Source: a virus. From it: a DNA stretch of 61,053 nt. The notes under the pieces are model-generated. The model ran no database searches, was not told the origin of the DNA, and was given only the letters and a program-made list of their open reading frames with translations. Shown here piece after piece: positions 41,718 through 52,173 of the stretch. The position numbers and the translations under genes were made by a program. Every line of letters begins with the position of its first letter. Position 1 is the first letter of the stretch. The stretch lies in IMG/VR virus record IMGVR_UViG_3300027793_000007; one strand, written 5' to 3'.

Positions 41718-43382
41718 CTAAGATAGAGGCAAGCGATAACCCAATCCAATAACACCACAAGTAAGTGAATCAACAAAGTCATCGTGTAGAGTACTGCCGA
41801 AGAACAGCAACTCCTTAATAGTGGACTGAGAGGGACTGTACTTAAACTTATTGAAAGTGATGTTGCCAACTTGCAATGCACCTGATATAGCCATAAGTCT
41901 TTCCCTCTTATCTCCTTTGAGCTTAAGTGGTCGAGGGTGTATAGAGTGGATGCCCATAGCTACTTTGATTAGTGCATTGAAGTCAGCCATGATGCTCAAC
42001 TGTTGTGATACGTCCTCTAGATATAGGTCAATGTATACGTTAGGACGAGACTTATACTTGATGGGAAACTGTTGCGCTACAGGGTCATCTGGATTAGTCC
42101 AGCCTTCTTCATCTATGTCTAGAAGGTCATGGTCATAGAGGAGCATTAGTAGTTGGTTGAGTTTAGCTATGTTCCCAGAAGCCTTAAACCTTGCACTACC
42201 AAGTAGGTCAATACGTCCATTGGATGTACTACCATAACGCCCCATTAGAGTGAATACAGTGAAGTCAGCTTTCTTTTTAACACTATCGGCAAGGTCAGTA
42301 CCAATGGCGAAGCGGGAGTAAGCACTTACCTTCTCTGGGTAATCGTACTTAATCCACTCGGGAGGTATAGCTAGTCCACCAATTGAGACAATCTTATTTT
42401 GATACTGGAAACTAAAGGAGATAGGGTCGCCACCTTTATCTGGGTCTCGCAAGGTGAGTAGGTGCTTGAGTGGTATGAACTCTTCCCAGTAGCTTATCTC
42501 CTTACCATCATCACTTTCGACTATGGCTTGTTGTTCAATTACCTTCCAGCGCTTCTCAGTGTTGAACTCAGTTGCGTATAGGTCATCAGCACTCATTCGA
42601 GTACCAATACATATTTGTCTACCACCAGGGAACATAGTAGGTTTAATAGCGTTGTGGTAAGTACTAGCCATCTTCTCTCTAACTGTGGGATTCTCGATAT
42701 CCGCAGGTGATTTGATAAGGTCATCAAAGAGAATGATGTGCGCTCTACGAGAGGTGACACTACCAACAATGCCAGCACAGGCTAGGGTATATGGCTCACC
42801 TAGTGCTTGTAGTCCTGCCTTACGCTTATCTATTTCCCATACCTCATCAGACCATCTCTTACCCTTAGAGACGTTAGGGAATACTTGTTGGAATCTATCA
42901 GACTCAATGATTTGTTTTATCTCTATGGACTTTTGAGTACTAATGGTGATTGAGTAAGAGATAACCAGTACTTTGATAGGAATACCAGCCTCAGTCTGCA
43001 CACCTATCTGATGCGCGATCCACTCGGTCATGAATCTAGACTTAGCGCTTAGTCGTGGAGCTAGGATTAGAGTGTTAGAACCACCAATACCTTTAAGACA
43101 ACGCGAGTCTTCTCCTGTGAATAGCTCATCCATCCACTCAGAGTGGTGCTTAGGTCTTGCATACTTATGTGCTGCTAAGTCATTGATGTCCTCTACACCT
43201 TCTTCATTAGCAGATATTTGAGGGAAGCACACATACTCCCTGAAGGCTGTGAACCCTTCCTTGGTATTTTGTCTAGCCTTGAGGACTAAGGGCTGAGTAG
43301 CTTGTGTTGCAGCCTTGGCATGGTAAGTGACATCAGCTTGTATCTGAAGTCCAAGGGATGTGGATGGTCTGAATCGAGCCAT
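41718..43382 (-). CDS. terL: terminase large subunit
   Basis: Walker A-like LILAPRLSAKSRF, Walker B AHIILFDDLI, nuclease-domain GTDLADS, 554 aa. Confidence 0.85.
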   Translation of the reverse strand: MARFRPSTSLGLQIQADVTYHAKAATQATQPLVLKARQNTKEGFTAFREYVCFPQISANEEGVEDINDLAAHKYARPKHHSEWMDELFTGEDSRCLKGIGGSNTLILAPRLSAKSRFMTEWIAHQIGVQTEAGIPIKVLVISYSITISTQKSIEIKQIIESDRFQQVFPNVSKGKRWSDEVWEIDKRKAGLQALGEPYTLACAGIVGSVTSRRAHIILFDDLIKSPADIENPTVREKMASTYHNAIKPTMFPGGRQICIGTRMSADDLYATEFNTEKRWKVIEQQAIVESDDGKEISYWEEFIPLKHLLTLRDPDKGGDPISFSFQYQNKIVSIGGLAIPPEWIKYDYPEKVSAYSRFAIGTDLADSVKKKADFTVFTLMGRYGSTSNGRIDLLGSARFKASGNIAKLNQLLMLLYDHDLLDIDEEGWTNPDDPVAQQFPIKYKSRPNVYIDLYLEDVSQQLSIMADFNALIKVAMGIHSIHPRPLKLKGDKRERLMAISGALQVGNITFNKFKYSPSQSTIKELLFFGSTLHDDFVDSLTCGVIGLGYRLPLS

Positions 43383-43387
43383 AGGGG

Positions 43388-43407
43388 AACGCTACGCTAG
43401 GGGAGGA
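43388..43407 (+). promoter_or_regulatory. phage promoter-like motif, copy 31
   Basis: aacgctacgctaggggagga, 18 nt upstream of ATG 43426. Confidence 0.6.
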
Positions 43408-43425
43408 TTAATAACTGAGGGACTA

Positions 43426-43599
43426 ATGAAACTATACATGATTCTTTACAGGTCGCACTATTCTAAAAACTGGTCTGTTATTGGTGAATACTTTGAGAGC
43501 CTAGATGCTGTTAAAACACATATTGCCCTATGTAGAAAAGCTTATAAAGGGACTGAATACAAATTAGTGGCAGGAGAGGTTGAGGTATTAGATGATTAA
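43426..43599 (+). CDS. hypothetical small protein (57 aa)
   Basis: Track ORF 43360 trimmed to the ATG after the motif. Confidence 0.5.
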   Translation: MKLYMILYRSHYSKNWSVIGEYFESLDAVKTHIALCRKAYKGTEYKLVAGEVEVLDD

Positions 43600-43792
43600 C
43601 TACACCCTAGAGCGTTGCATCACCAATGATGATAACTGGGAGCATTACTGTGACCTTGGATGTGATGAGACTACAGCTATTGAGATGTGGCATTACTGGC
43701 AAGAGAAACAACCTAACTATGCATTTAGGATGTATAAGGTCACCAAACAACTAGTAGCTATGATTGGGCATCCTAATGGAGGTGGACGATGA
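43592..43792 (+). CDS. hypothetical small protein (66 aa)
   Basis: Track ORF with overlapping start. Confidence 0.5.
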   Translation: MINYTLERCITNDDNWEHYCDLGCDETTAIEMWHYWQEKQPNYAFRMYKVTKQLVAMIGHPNGGGR

Positions 43793-43959
43793 CAGTTAAT
43801 GAATTGTACTTACAACTTGAAGCACTCATTAATGAGGGGTATGAAGGATTAGAAGTAGGAGTTGTTGATACTGTTAACAACAAACTTACCTTTAGCCTTT
43901 CACTAACCTTGCTTCAACAAGGAGATGAGATGTTTATAGGAGTTAAGCATGACAGTTAA
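43789..43959 (+). CDS. MTVNEL-family small protein (56 aa)
   Basis: Hand-translated; ATGA coupling; MTVNELYLQLEALINEGYEG. Confidence 0.45.
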   Translation: MTVNELYLQLEALINEGYEGLEVGVVDTVNNKLTFSLSLTLLQQGDEMFIGVKHDS

Positions 43960-44179
43960 TGAAGCTATTGAAACAACGACTTATCACATTGAGTATTGCC
44001 CTAAAACTAATAGCGAATACAGTCAGCACAAAGTAGGTGACTGGAAGACTGATTCTTCCTGCAAAGACTTAGATGAGGCTTCAGCCAAGTCTGCTTTAGA
44101 GTGGAGTCGTGAGAACTTTCATTACAACAACTACAGGGTTGTTAAGACCGTAAGTACACAAACTATATTGGATTGGTGA
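43949..44179 (+). CDS. MTVNE-family small protein (76 aa)
   Basis: Track ORF. The 5' sequence atgacagttaatgaa is shared with 43789, 44182 and 7639. Confidence 0.5.
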   Translation: MTVNEAIETTTYHIEYCPKTNSEYSQHKVGDWKTDSSCKDLDEASAKSALEWSRENFHYNNYRVVKTVSTQTILDW

Positions 44180-44181
44180 TT

Positions 44182-44442
44182 ATGACAGTTAATGAATTGA
44201 TTGCTAGATTGCAGTCATTAGCGGAGCAAGGCTATGGCGAGTCAAGCGTACATTTATATTTAGAGGGAAAGAAAGATGTGTCTGCAGTCATTTGCTATCC
44301 AGCTAAAGTTACTGAGACAGGGCTAAGTGGATGGGATGGGACTATACCTCCCTATATCCTCTTGAGAGAACCTGACAAATCTAATAAATGGCTAGAATAT
44401 GGGCTGACGATCCCTAAACCTCTTCCGCGATCCTTTGAATAG
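44182..44442 (+). CDS. MTVNEL-family small protein (86 aa)
   Basis: MTVNELIARLQSLAEQGYGE. 53459..53671 has a related N-terminus. Confidence 0.5.
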   Translation: MTVNELIARLQSLAEQGYGESSVHLYLEGKKDVSAVICYPAKVTETGLSGWDGTIPPYILLREPDKSNKWLEYGLTIPKPLPRSFE

Positions 44443-45052
44443 CAGCTTGAAAATACTGCTCAAGTGCTGGTCTAAAGGGTGAGTTCTTCTCAAGCATATT
44501 GAGTACTAAAGACTTCACCCTATCAGCACCAGCTAGTAGTAGCTCCCTCTCTCCTGTACGTTCCTTTACTTGTGCTAGGGCTTGTAGTATCTGCTTAGTC
44601 TGTCCTACCACTGCTGGATACTGAGCGATGATTGATTGCATCTGAGAGTCAGTTATCTCTCCCCCGTCTAACTTGTTTTGGATTAGACCACCATAATCGA
44701 ATGCTAGGTTAGCAGTCCTAACGGCTAATGATTCAAGACCCCCTACTACATCAATGCCCGCGTACTCTTCTAGCTTACGGTTAAGGGTATCAGCTTCAGT
44801 ACCAGCCTTAATGCCCTTGACCTTTAGCCATGCCTTGATTTGAGGTATTGAACACACACATCCATTCTTGACCAACCAAGCTAGTTGTTGACCGTACTCA
44901 GTAGGGTTGCGTCTACAAAGTAGGGTGAATTGAGACTCTAGCTCAGAGTCAAGCTGTTGATTGAAGAACCCTTGGATTACCTGATGTGCTGGTATAGCAT
45001 CGGGATACTTCTTAGGTCTATTAGCGGGATTCCGCATTGATGATGATGCCAT
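44414..45052 (-). CDS. hypothetical protein; candidate small terminase subunit by position
   Basis: 212 aa, upstream of terL on the same strand (separated by a forward island). No motif support. Confidence 0.5.
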   Translation of the reverse strand: MASSSMRNPANRPKKYPDAIPAHQVIQGFFNQQLDSELESQFTLLCRRNPTEYGQQLAWLVKNGCVCSIPQIKAWLKVKGIKAGTEADTLNRKLEEYAGIDVVGGLESLAVRTANLAFDYGGLIQNKLDGGEITDSQMQSIIAQYPAVVGQTKQILQALAQVKERTGERELLLAGADRVKSLVLNMLEKNSPFRPALEQYFQAAIQRIAEEV

Positions 45053-45061
45053 TTCATCTCC

Positions 45062-45508
45062 TTACTTCCTAGGCAATACTGATAGCGCACGTTTCAAGTC
45101 AGCATCTCTAGTTTGACCAGTGGTATTGACTTGAACTTGTCCTCTATTCTTTTCTTCAGCAATGTTCTGAGTTGACTGTAATCGCATACGGTCTTTAGTT
45201 AGGTTAGAGTTTTGTTCTCTAGCTCTAGTATCAATACCCTCTGTGCGACCAGCAGCCTCGGTATCAAAGTCTTGATAGATACGTGATTGGAATGGCAAGT
45301 CTTCTCTAAAGCGTCTTTGGTCGTTTTGAGCTTTTGTTTCAGCTATGTTGCCTAGAGAGGTGAATACATTTTGAAGATCACCACTAAAGCCAGAGTTAAC
45401 GCTAGAAGTTGAAGTACTAGAGCTACCATTTTGGCTAAAAGATGATTGATCAAAGGATGAAATGGGTTTGTTCATCCAAGAGCTATTAACAGGCAAAGAA
45501 AAAGACAT
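45062..45508 (-). CDS. hypothetical S/N/Q-rich virion-module protein
   Basis: Track ORF in a tightly packed operon. Confidence 0.55.
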   Translation of the reverse strand: MSFSLPVNSSWMNKPISSFDQSSFSQNGSSSTSTSSVNSGFSGDLQNVFTSLGNIAETKAQNDQRRFREDLPFQSRIYQDFDTEAAGRTEGIDTRAREQNSNLTKDRMRLQSTQNIAEEKNRGQVQVNTTGQTRDADLKRALSVLPRK

Positions 45509-45510
45509 GG

Positions 45511-46086
45511 CTATCTATTGAATGAAGGACGATATTGTTGTGAGTTAAGAGTAGCAGTGCCAGCACCAAGCAGTGCAGAGAACCTATTAGCGTCAGCACT
45601 AATACGAGCCACATCTACGCCTCTATCAGCACTGTATTTAGAACCTTCTAATCCTCTGTCAGCACCATATCTATTAGCATCAGCACCAATCTGAGTAGAC
45701 TTAACACCAGCATCAGCATTGTATCTAACACCTGATAGTAAGTTGTCTGATTGATAACGTAGGGTTGATTGCTCGTTAGCTTTAACGCCTAAGCCAGCAT
45801 TAAATCTACGCTGGTCTTCAGTAAAGTTGCGGCTATCGTTAAGTTGTGTTTGCTTAAACATAGGATTGTTAGCTAAGGCTTCATTAGCATTAGCATAACC
45901 TTGTCGCTCTGCTTGACTTGCGTTATTAGTAGCGTTACTAGTGAAAGTATTAACTGATGGAGTTTTAGATGTATCTCCTAGCCCCATCCTCTGAGTAACA
46001 GTATTTGTGTTGGATGCTCTACCACTTAAAGAAGCAGCAGCATTCTTAAAGGCATCAGAGGCAAAGGTCATTTTTGCTTGTGTCAT
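45511..46086 (-). CDS. hypothetical protein with about five 11-aa tandem repeats (x-Y-x-A-D-x-G)
   Basis: VRYNADAGVKS TQIGADANRYG ADRGLEGSKYS ADRGVDVARIS ADANRFSALLG. Confidence 0.55.
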   Translation of the reverse strand: MTQAKMTFASDAFKNAAASLSGRASNTNTVTQRMGLGDTSKTPSVNTFTSNATNNASQAERQGYANANEALANNPMFKQTQLNDSRNFTEDQRRFNAGLGVKANEQSTLRYQSDNLLSGVRYNADAGVKSTQIGADANRYGADRGLEGSKYSADRGVDVARISADANRFSALLGAGTATLNSQQYRPSFNR

Positions 46087-46088
46087 AG

Positions 46089-46679
46089 TTATAGGCTCAT
46101 AGATACTGGATTGAGCTTAGATACAGAACTATTGTAAGCTCCTGAGATGGAGTTAGTCATGTTAGCTGCATTAACACCAGCTTGTCTCATTGAAGTAAGG
46201 TTTTGCTCGAAGGAGGCATAGGGTAGTCTAGTTGCTAGTTCCATGCCCAAGGCACGATTAGCTTCATTGTTAGCTAGAGTATTGACTTCCTTGATCTTAC
46301 GTTTGGATAGGTCAATGTCTTGGTTGCCATATAGACCACGATATTTGTAGTCAATATCATAAGCACCTTTGAGCCTATCTAAATCACTTGGCTCAGTCTT
46401 CGCTGGTTGAGATGATTTAGCTGTAGTTCCTATTGATTGAACGCCAGACTTAGCTACATCACTTAAAGGCAAAGCCATTCTAGACTGAGTAGCATTTGAA
46501 CTCAAGGTACGCAATCCTAACCCTGAAGCAGCTTTGACAGATCCAAATGTTTTGTCTGCGTTAAAGGGTTTAGGTTTATTGTCCCTAGCTGCGGCTCTCC
46601 CAGCTTCGGTATAGTTGATGTACCCTGGAGTGTCAGGGCGTAATTGCATAAAGTCTTCAGGTGTCATTATCCTAACCAA
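46089..46679 (-). CDS. hypothetical virion-module protein
   Basis: Track ORF. Confidence 0.55.
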   Translation of the reverse strand: MVRIMTPEDFMQLRPDTPGYINYTEAGRAAARDNKPKPFNADKTFGSVKAASGLGLRTLSSNATQSRMALPLSDVAKSGVQSIGTTAKSSQPAKTEPSDLDRLKGAYDIDYKYRGLYGNQDIDLSKRKIKEVNTLANNEANRALGMELATRLPYASFEQNLTSMRQAGVNAANMTNSISGAYNSSVSKLNPVSMSL

Positions 46680-47197
46680 TTGATAGGTGTACCAATGCGC
46701 TTAGATGCCGCATCAAACATAGACTGTCTTAGGTTAAGTTTACCTTGTTGTTCAGCTAATTCCTTATTCCCTTGCAAAGACTTGTCAGCCATCTTAGAGC
46801 CAAAGTCAAATTGCATTTGAGCTTGGTCACGTTGGAGGTCTTGCTGCCTATCAATTTGGTATTGCTGTAGTTTAAACTGTCTATCCTCGACAGCTTTAGC
46901 CATTGGCAGTTCAAGTTGTGCGGCACGTTCTCTAGGCTTGATTGCGTCTAAGGCTTTCCACTTGCCAAAAGAAAAGAAGTCTAGGTCAGTAATAGCTCCT
47001 GTATCGATACCTAGTTGTGCTGCTTTAAGCCTGTCTTCTGGGGATAAGCTACTACCACCAAACCTGAGACCAAATAGATTAAGGTTAGGAGCAGCATCGT
47101 ATAGCCTTTGCCTAAAGCCAGCATCATTAGCAGTATTTAGTAGACTTTCTCTATACTCGTCTTTAGGTGGGCTAGGAAATCCTTGCTGATATTCCAT
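46667..47197 (-). CDS. hypothetical virion-module protein
   Basis: Track ORF. Confidence 0.55.
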   Translation of the reverse strand: MEYQQGFPSPPKDEYRESLLNTANDAGFRQRLYDAAPNLNLFGLRFGGSSLSPEDRLKAAQLGIDTGAITDLDFFSFGKWKALDAIKPRERAAQLELPMAKAVEDRQFKLQQYQIDRQQDLQRDQAQMQFDFGSKMADKSLQGNKELAEQQGKLNLRQSMFDAASKRIGTPINWLG

Positions 47198-47787
47198 TAC
47201 AATCCTCCTGTCATTTGCATATATCTAGTAACTGGACTAGGTGATTGACCTTGCAGCATTTGAGTCTCAAAGTCAGTAGGTTTAGGTTTATTCATCCCAG
47301 AGGTTAGAGTGTACAGCCCAGTGTCAGCAGCAAATCCTATGGGCATATTGTATCCTTGACGGGAAGTCTGAGGATTACTCAATAGGTCTTTCTCTCTACT
47401 TCCCAGCCTTTCATTCACATAAGCTTTTCTTAGGGATTTAGGCTGGCTAGAGGATAAAGTGTTAAAGGTATCTCTAGAGTTTCTTAGTCTAGACTCTCCT
47501 ACTTTATTTAACTCTCTACCACCAAACTTAGTTCCTAACATCGTCCCACCAAAGGAACTGAAGGACTTTAAGCCAACATCATTGTTAGCTATGTCCATTG
47601 CTAGAGGGATAGCATCCATACCCAAGTTCATTAAGCCCATAGCATTAGGAGTGTAGGCTTGCTTAAGGAGGTTCAATGCACCAGCACCAGCACGAGCAGC
47701 ACCAACGGGAGCGCCCCCCATAAGTCCTAGCCCAGTAGCGCCTAACTTAAATCCTTTCATTAATGCGGCAACAAGTGGAAATGCCAT
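47197..47787 (-). CDS. glycine-zipper-rich protein 1 (putative internal/ejection protein)
   Basis: GATGLGLMGGAPVGAARAGAGA. Confidence 0.55.
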   Translation of the reverse strand: MAFPLVAALMKGFKLGATGLGLMGGAPVGAARAGAGALNLLKQAYTPNAMGLMNLGMDAIPLAMDIANNDVGLKSFSSFGGTMLGTKFGGRELNKVGESRLRNSRDTFNTLSSSQPKSLRKAYVNERLGSREKDLLSNPQTSRQGYNMPIGFAADTGLYTLTSGMNKPKPTDFETQMLQGQSPSPVTRYMQMTGGL

Positions 47788-49103
47788 TAGTTATCTCCTT
47801 GTTTAGCTATTCTCATAGGTCTTTTGCTTACGCTGTAGTCTTTGTTGTATTGGGGGTAATATGTTTGTTTAGGGATAGATGGTGCTGTGGGAGTATAAGC
47901 ACCTATGCCTGTCAACCCTAAAGCATCTAAGTAAAGGTCATTCTGTTCCACAGTATCCAATGGCTTCATGTTGTTTAAGTTAACAGCAATTCTACCACCC
48001 CTATCTTTGACCATAGAGCTTATTTCTTCTGGGTTTAGGGACTGCTCCCATTGCCAAGTATTGTTATCAGCTTTGTTGTAATAACCTAATGGATTCATAG
48101 CACTAGGGGATGTGCTAGAACCCTTGGCTAATTCATTGATAGTTTCAATACCATAGGCTCTGACGTTAGGATGTGGTTGACCAGCTTTAGCCAGTCCTTG
48201 CTTGACTAGTTCAGAATGACCAGCATCTAATGTAGATGGTGTTATTTGAACTACTGGTTGATTAAGTAAGTCAGTCCTATTCTCAAGTAATCGCCTATCT
48301 ACTAACATCCCGCTAGGATTAATTACCACTGTGTTTAGCCCATAGCTCTTGAATAAGTCTTCAGGGTCTACAAGGTTATCAAAGTAATCAGTAGGACTGT
48401 CATAAGATAATTGAGCCTTCCTTTGAGGTGTCTCATTAGCATAGTTACCTAGGTTTTCTATACCTTTCTTGGATAACTTAGATGACATCACGCCTAAGTT
48501 GCGGGCTAGATACATTCTGCTTTGGTCAGGTACTACCACTGATGGCTGACCTGTACTTGGATTGTTAGGCACTTCATCAGCAGGCTTAGCACCCCTAGGC
48601 TTAGGTGTAGGTCTATTAGGTTTGGTAGGTGGCGGTGGGGCAGCTACTACATCATCGATAGGTGTAGTAGCACTAGGCTTTCCCAAGTCTTGAGCCATCC
48701 GTCCTACAGGGAATCCAGCTTCAGGATAAGTTAGTACACCTCTCCTCAATGCTTCCCTCAACCCTAAAGTACCAGCACCAATGCCCATAGCAATTAGGGG
48801 TGATGCTTCAGTATCACTAGAGTTAGTGAATGCATTGTTAAGGTATCTAGCACCCTCTAATCCTAGTGCGCCAATACCAGCATAGTTATAGGGTGTACGT
48901 CCTTGTGTGCCTAGAGCTAGACCACTACCAACCGCTAAGCCGATAGGGTCAACATCTAAAGGTGCTACAACATTATAGGCAAGTGCGCCTAGACCAGTAG
49001 TAGCGCCAATAGCGGCTGGCAGGGCTAATCTAAGTGCTGTCTCATTATTAGCTAACTCTGGGATGAGTTCAGCTAAACGTCTGCGTAGTGGGGAGTAGGT
49101 CAT
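47787..49103 (-). CDS. glycine-zipper-rich protein 2
   Basis: AAIGATTGLGALAYN, GLAVGSGLALG, AMGIGAGTLGL; Pro-rich linker PPPPTKPNRPTPKPRG. Confidence 0.55.
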   Translation of the reverse strand: MTYSPLRRRLAELIPELANNETALRLALPAAIGATTGLGALAYNVVAPLDVDPIGLAVGSGLALGTQGRTPYNYAGIGALGLEGARYLNNAFTNSSDTEASPLIAMGIGAGTLGLREALRRGVLTYPEAGFPVGRMAQDLGKPSATTPIDDVVAAPPPPTKPNRPTPKPRGAKPADEVPNNPSTGQPSVVVPDQSRMYLARNLGVMSSKLSKKGIENLGNYANETPQRKAQLSYDSPTDYFDNLVDPEDLFKSYGLNTVVINPSGMLVDRRLLENRTDLLNQPVVQITPSTLDAGHSELVKQGLAKAGQPHPNVRAYGIETINELAKGSSTSPSAMNPLGYYNKADNNTWQWEQSLNPEEISSMVKDRGGRIAVNLNNMKPLDTVEQNDLYLDALGLTGIGAYTPTAPSIPKQTYYPQYNKDYSVSKRPMRIAKQGDN

Positions 49104-49105
49104 GT

Positions 49106-50050
49106 TTAACGCATCCTAGGAGAGTTTGCATATAATCCAGCCAGCCCTGCTTCTAACGGGAACTCTTTGCCGACATTCCATCCTCTACCTCTAGTAGTAT
49201 TTAAGGCTAACTCGTTTATCGTCAAAGGCGGCACTACAACTCTACTTGTAGTAGGCAAGTTAGGGTCGCGCACAGCTAAATCACCACCACGCTGATAGGG
49301 TAAAGCACCCATCACTGAAGGGCGAGCTACTGGTTCAGTCGATACATTGACTACACGAAAAGGGGTTGTTGGATCGGGTCTATTAGCTTGATACGTGTTA
49401 TCAGGATTAGCACTTGCTCTAGGGTAGCCAGAAGGAACACCATGATATTCGTCAGTACGATATCTACCTGTAGAGTTTTCTGGAATATTGTATACAGCTT
49501 TAGCGCTGTTAGCTACGTCAGCATTTCTACCCCTCAACATTGAGTATGCGATAGGTGCAAAACCGCCCAACGCTGCTAGCCCAACAGATGTAGCAGTAGC
49601 ATCATTATCAAATACACGACCTGACAAACCGCCAACAGTAGCAGCAGCACTACCAGCTAATGCAGCTTGCATATAAGGATTTTGCAATTGTCTTTCTGCA
49701 TAGCCTTGATTAGCTATTTGAACAGCAGCAGCTTTAAAACGGTTTAGGAACTTCTGATTCATCTCTGCTTCATTCAAACCTTCATACACGCCTCTAGCTG
49801 TACTAGCTCCTGTTCTATCAATGTATTGTTGACCAGCAAAACTCCTACCTTGTCTTAGAAGATTAGCTGCTAAAGGAGCGCTTAACACCCCCTGTAGCAA
49901 TACATTCTGGTCAGCACCATCCCCTAAATTGCCTACAGCAGTTAGACCGCCAACACCTAGAGCGCCTAGTCCGTAGTCAAGAGCTTCTTGCGCATACTGA
50001 TTGTCACCTACGCCAGCAAGGTAGCGTTTTGCGAGACTCATTGGATTCAT
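49106..50050 (-). CDS. glycine-zipper-rich protein 3
   Basis: YGLGALGVGGLTAVGNLG, AALAGSAAATVGGLSG. Confidence 0.55.
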   Translation of the reverse strand: MNPMSLAKRYLAGVGDNQYAQEALDYGLGALGVGGLTAVGNLGDGADQNVLLQGVLSAPLAANLLRQGRSFAGQQYIDRTGASTARGVYEGLNEAEMNQKFLNRFKAAAVQIANQGYAERQLQNPYMQAALAGSAAATVGGLSGRVFDNDATATSVGLAALGGFAPIAYSMLRGRNADVANSAKAVYNIPENSTGRYRTDEYHGVPSGYPRASANPDNTYQANRPDPTTPFRVVNVSTEPVARPSVMGALPYQRGGDLAVRDPNLPTTSRVVVPPLTINELALNTTRGRGWNVGKEFPLEAGLAGLYANSPRMR

Positions 50051-50058
50051 TGTTTTAC

Positions 50059-50532
50059 CTACTCAATAATAATTCTTTCTTTAGCAGCAGTCACAGGGAA
50101 TACATCAGCCCATATCTTCTTAGCTAGTGGCATAGCTTGACCGTAGTATCCCACAGAGCCAATCATGTTAGTGTCAATATCTTTACCACCAGTGATAGCG
50201 TTGCCAACATTGCCAAGTACACCACTATATAGTGATGCTTCACTACCACTTTCTAACATCTTGACGTATTCATTTCTAGCCCTTAGTTGATTAAGAGCAT
50301 CAGTGTTGATGATACGAGATACGCCTTGCCCTCCAAGGAGAGGAGCCATTTGTAATCCAGTAATTAAAGGATTAGCATTGTTAGTACCAGTAACAGCATT
50401 GTAGCCAGCTTGTCCAATAGCACCAATACCAGCACCTAATCCATAGTTAATACCTAGCTGAGTGTAGGGATTATCAATAAACTGGGGGATTACATTCTTT
50501 AACCCAGTAGGGTCAATACGAATAGGATTCAT
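50059..50532 (-). CDS. glycine-zipper-rich protein 4
   Basis: NYGLGAGIGAIGQAGYNAVTG. Confidence 0.55.
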   Translation of the reverse strand: MNPIRIDPTGLKNVIPQFIDNPYTQLGINYGLGAGIGAIGQAGYNAVTGTNNANPLITGLQMAPLLGGQGVSRIINTDALNQLRARNEYVKMLESGSEASLYSGVLGNVGNAITGGKDIDTNMIGSVGYYGQAMPLAKKIWADVFPVTAAKERIIIE

Positions 50533-50535
50533 GTC

Positions 50536-50922
50536 TTAGTTAAGATATTGTTGTCTCAAAGCTTCAGCTTGAAGTGCCATCAGTTGACCTTCAATCTCAG
50601 CATCACGTATAGCCTTCTCTTTCTTCTCAGGGAATTTATAGAGATTCCCTGATAACTTAGCTGCTTGTTGTAAAGCTTCCATGTCACTTAAAGGGTCGCC
50701 ATACACTTGTCTCCTCAAAGCTAAGTTAACGTTATCGCCAACCATAGCCATCTCATTAGCATTAGCTTGACCCGTTGCTTGAGTAGCTTGAATGGCTGGT
50801 TGTTGTGGATTACCCATCAATGCCATAGCTCCTAACCCTAGTCCAGCTACACCAACAGCAGGGATACCGTACTGTGCGTAGACAGGTAATGCATCCCACC
50901 TATCTCTTATTCCTTGCATCAT
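50536..50922 (-). CDS. glycine-zipper-rich protein 5
   Basis: GIPAVGVAGLGLGAMALMG. Confidence 0.55.
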   Translation of the reverse strand: MMQGIRDRWDALPVYAQYGIPAVGVAGLGLGAMALMGNPQQPAIQATQATGQANANEMAMVGDNVNLALRRQVYGDPLSDMEALQQAAKLSGNLYKFPEKKEKAIRDAEIEGQLMALQAEALRQQYLN

Positions 50923-50960
50923 AAGTTAATACCTTGTCTTTGCTTTAATCATACTATGTA

Positions 50961-52169
50961 TTACTTAAAGGATTGCGTATCAACATAATCCCATCCTTTG
51001 GTATTTGGGTTGTACCTGACATTAAGCCCTTTAACCGAATCTTGAGTGTCATGCCTCTTAGTTTGGAATTGATCAATGGCAGCTTCAACATCTTCAGTAT
51101 TAAAGTCATTAGGCTTAAAGTGTTTTCTAGCCCAATAGTTAAGACCAACACCAGCCCCAGTAGTTAATAATGCTGCACTCATAGGTACTTCATATCCTAA
51201 GAGGCTTATCGAATCTTCACCACTTAAACTCTTTTGTGTTTTAATAGCGCCTAACTCGGCTAGGCTAGGAACTACAGCACCTACAAGCCCCCCTATAGCA
51301 CCCCCTTTGAGCGCACCAGCTACTAAGTCCTCAGGTCTACCCATCTCAACCCTTTTAGGCGAATCAACCCAGAACCTACCTATAGCCTCAATATCAGCAG
51401 CTACAGGTTGTTTCTCATCAGTCCACTTAGATATAGGTATGTTCTCAGGATCAGTTACTACCCTAGGCTCTACCTTAATCTTACCGTCAGCGCCCCTTGA
51501 GTACTTACCTCTACGACTATAAGCCCCAAGTAAAGCACCCGCACCTAATCCAAGTGCTATTGACTTAGTAGGGTCATCTTGTAATCCAAAGAAGTCTTTA
51601 CTCATGAACCCACTACTCTGAACAGCAGCAGCATACTTCTCAGGTGTAACGTCAGGTCTTTCTTTGACTAGCTCCTCATAAGGCAAGATATTACCTTTCC
51701 TACCAATGAAGTACCTACCAGCAAACTCGCCCAATGGATTAGTAGTCTTAGTCTTATCAGTAGGGTCAGCAAATAGAGCCTGATATCCTTTAGGTCTACC
51801 AAACTCTCCTAGGTTACTTATATCTAAATTACCCGATGCTATAGGCATAACACCTAATGCTAAAGCAGCACCACCCAAAGCTTGATAACCCACAGGCATA
51901 CCAGTCACCTTTAGTGCATCACTACCAGCAAATGACGATACTGCCAAAGGATGGTTGTATCGCCAATAGGTATTTCTAGTCTCATCTCCTATAACATCAG
52001 ACGCTACCCTACCCGCAAAGCCTCCTATGTTCTGAGCAGCAGTTCTACCTTCACTCTTACCTAAGTTCTCATAAGCAGCTTTCCTATCTAATCGCGCTGT
52101 ATTAAAGTCACTCTTAAACCCATCTATCAGGTCATCTAGTATTGAAGCTGTACGGTTGGGAGTTGCCAT
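50961..52169 (-). CDS. glycine-zipper-rich protein 6
   Basis: LGGAALALGVMPIASG, ALGLGAGALLGAY, GALKGGAIGGLVGAVV. Confidence 0.55.
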   Translation of the reverse strand: MATPNRTASILDDLIDGFKSDFNTARLDRKAAYENLGKSEGRTAAQNIGGFAGRVASDVIGDETRNTYWRYNHPLAVSSFAGSDALKVTGMPVGYQALGGAALALGVMPIASGNLDISNLGEFGRPKGYQALFADPTDKTKTTNPLGEFAGRYFIGRKGNILPYEELVKERPDVTPEKYAAAVQSSGFMSKDFFGLQDDPTKSIALGLGAGALLGAYSRRGKYSRGADGKIKVEPRVVTDPENIPISKWTDEKQPVAADIEAIGRFWVDSPKRVEMGRPEDLVAGALKGGAIGGLVGAVVPSLAELGAIKTQKSLSGEDSISLLGYEVPMSAALLTTGAGVGLNYWARKHFKPNDFNTEDVEAAIDQFQTKRHDTQDSVKGLNVRYNPNTKGWDYVDTQSFK

Positions 52170-52173
52170 AGTT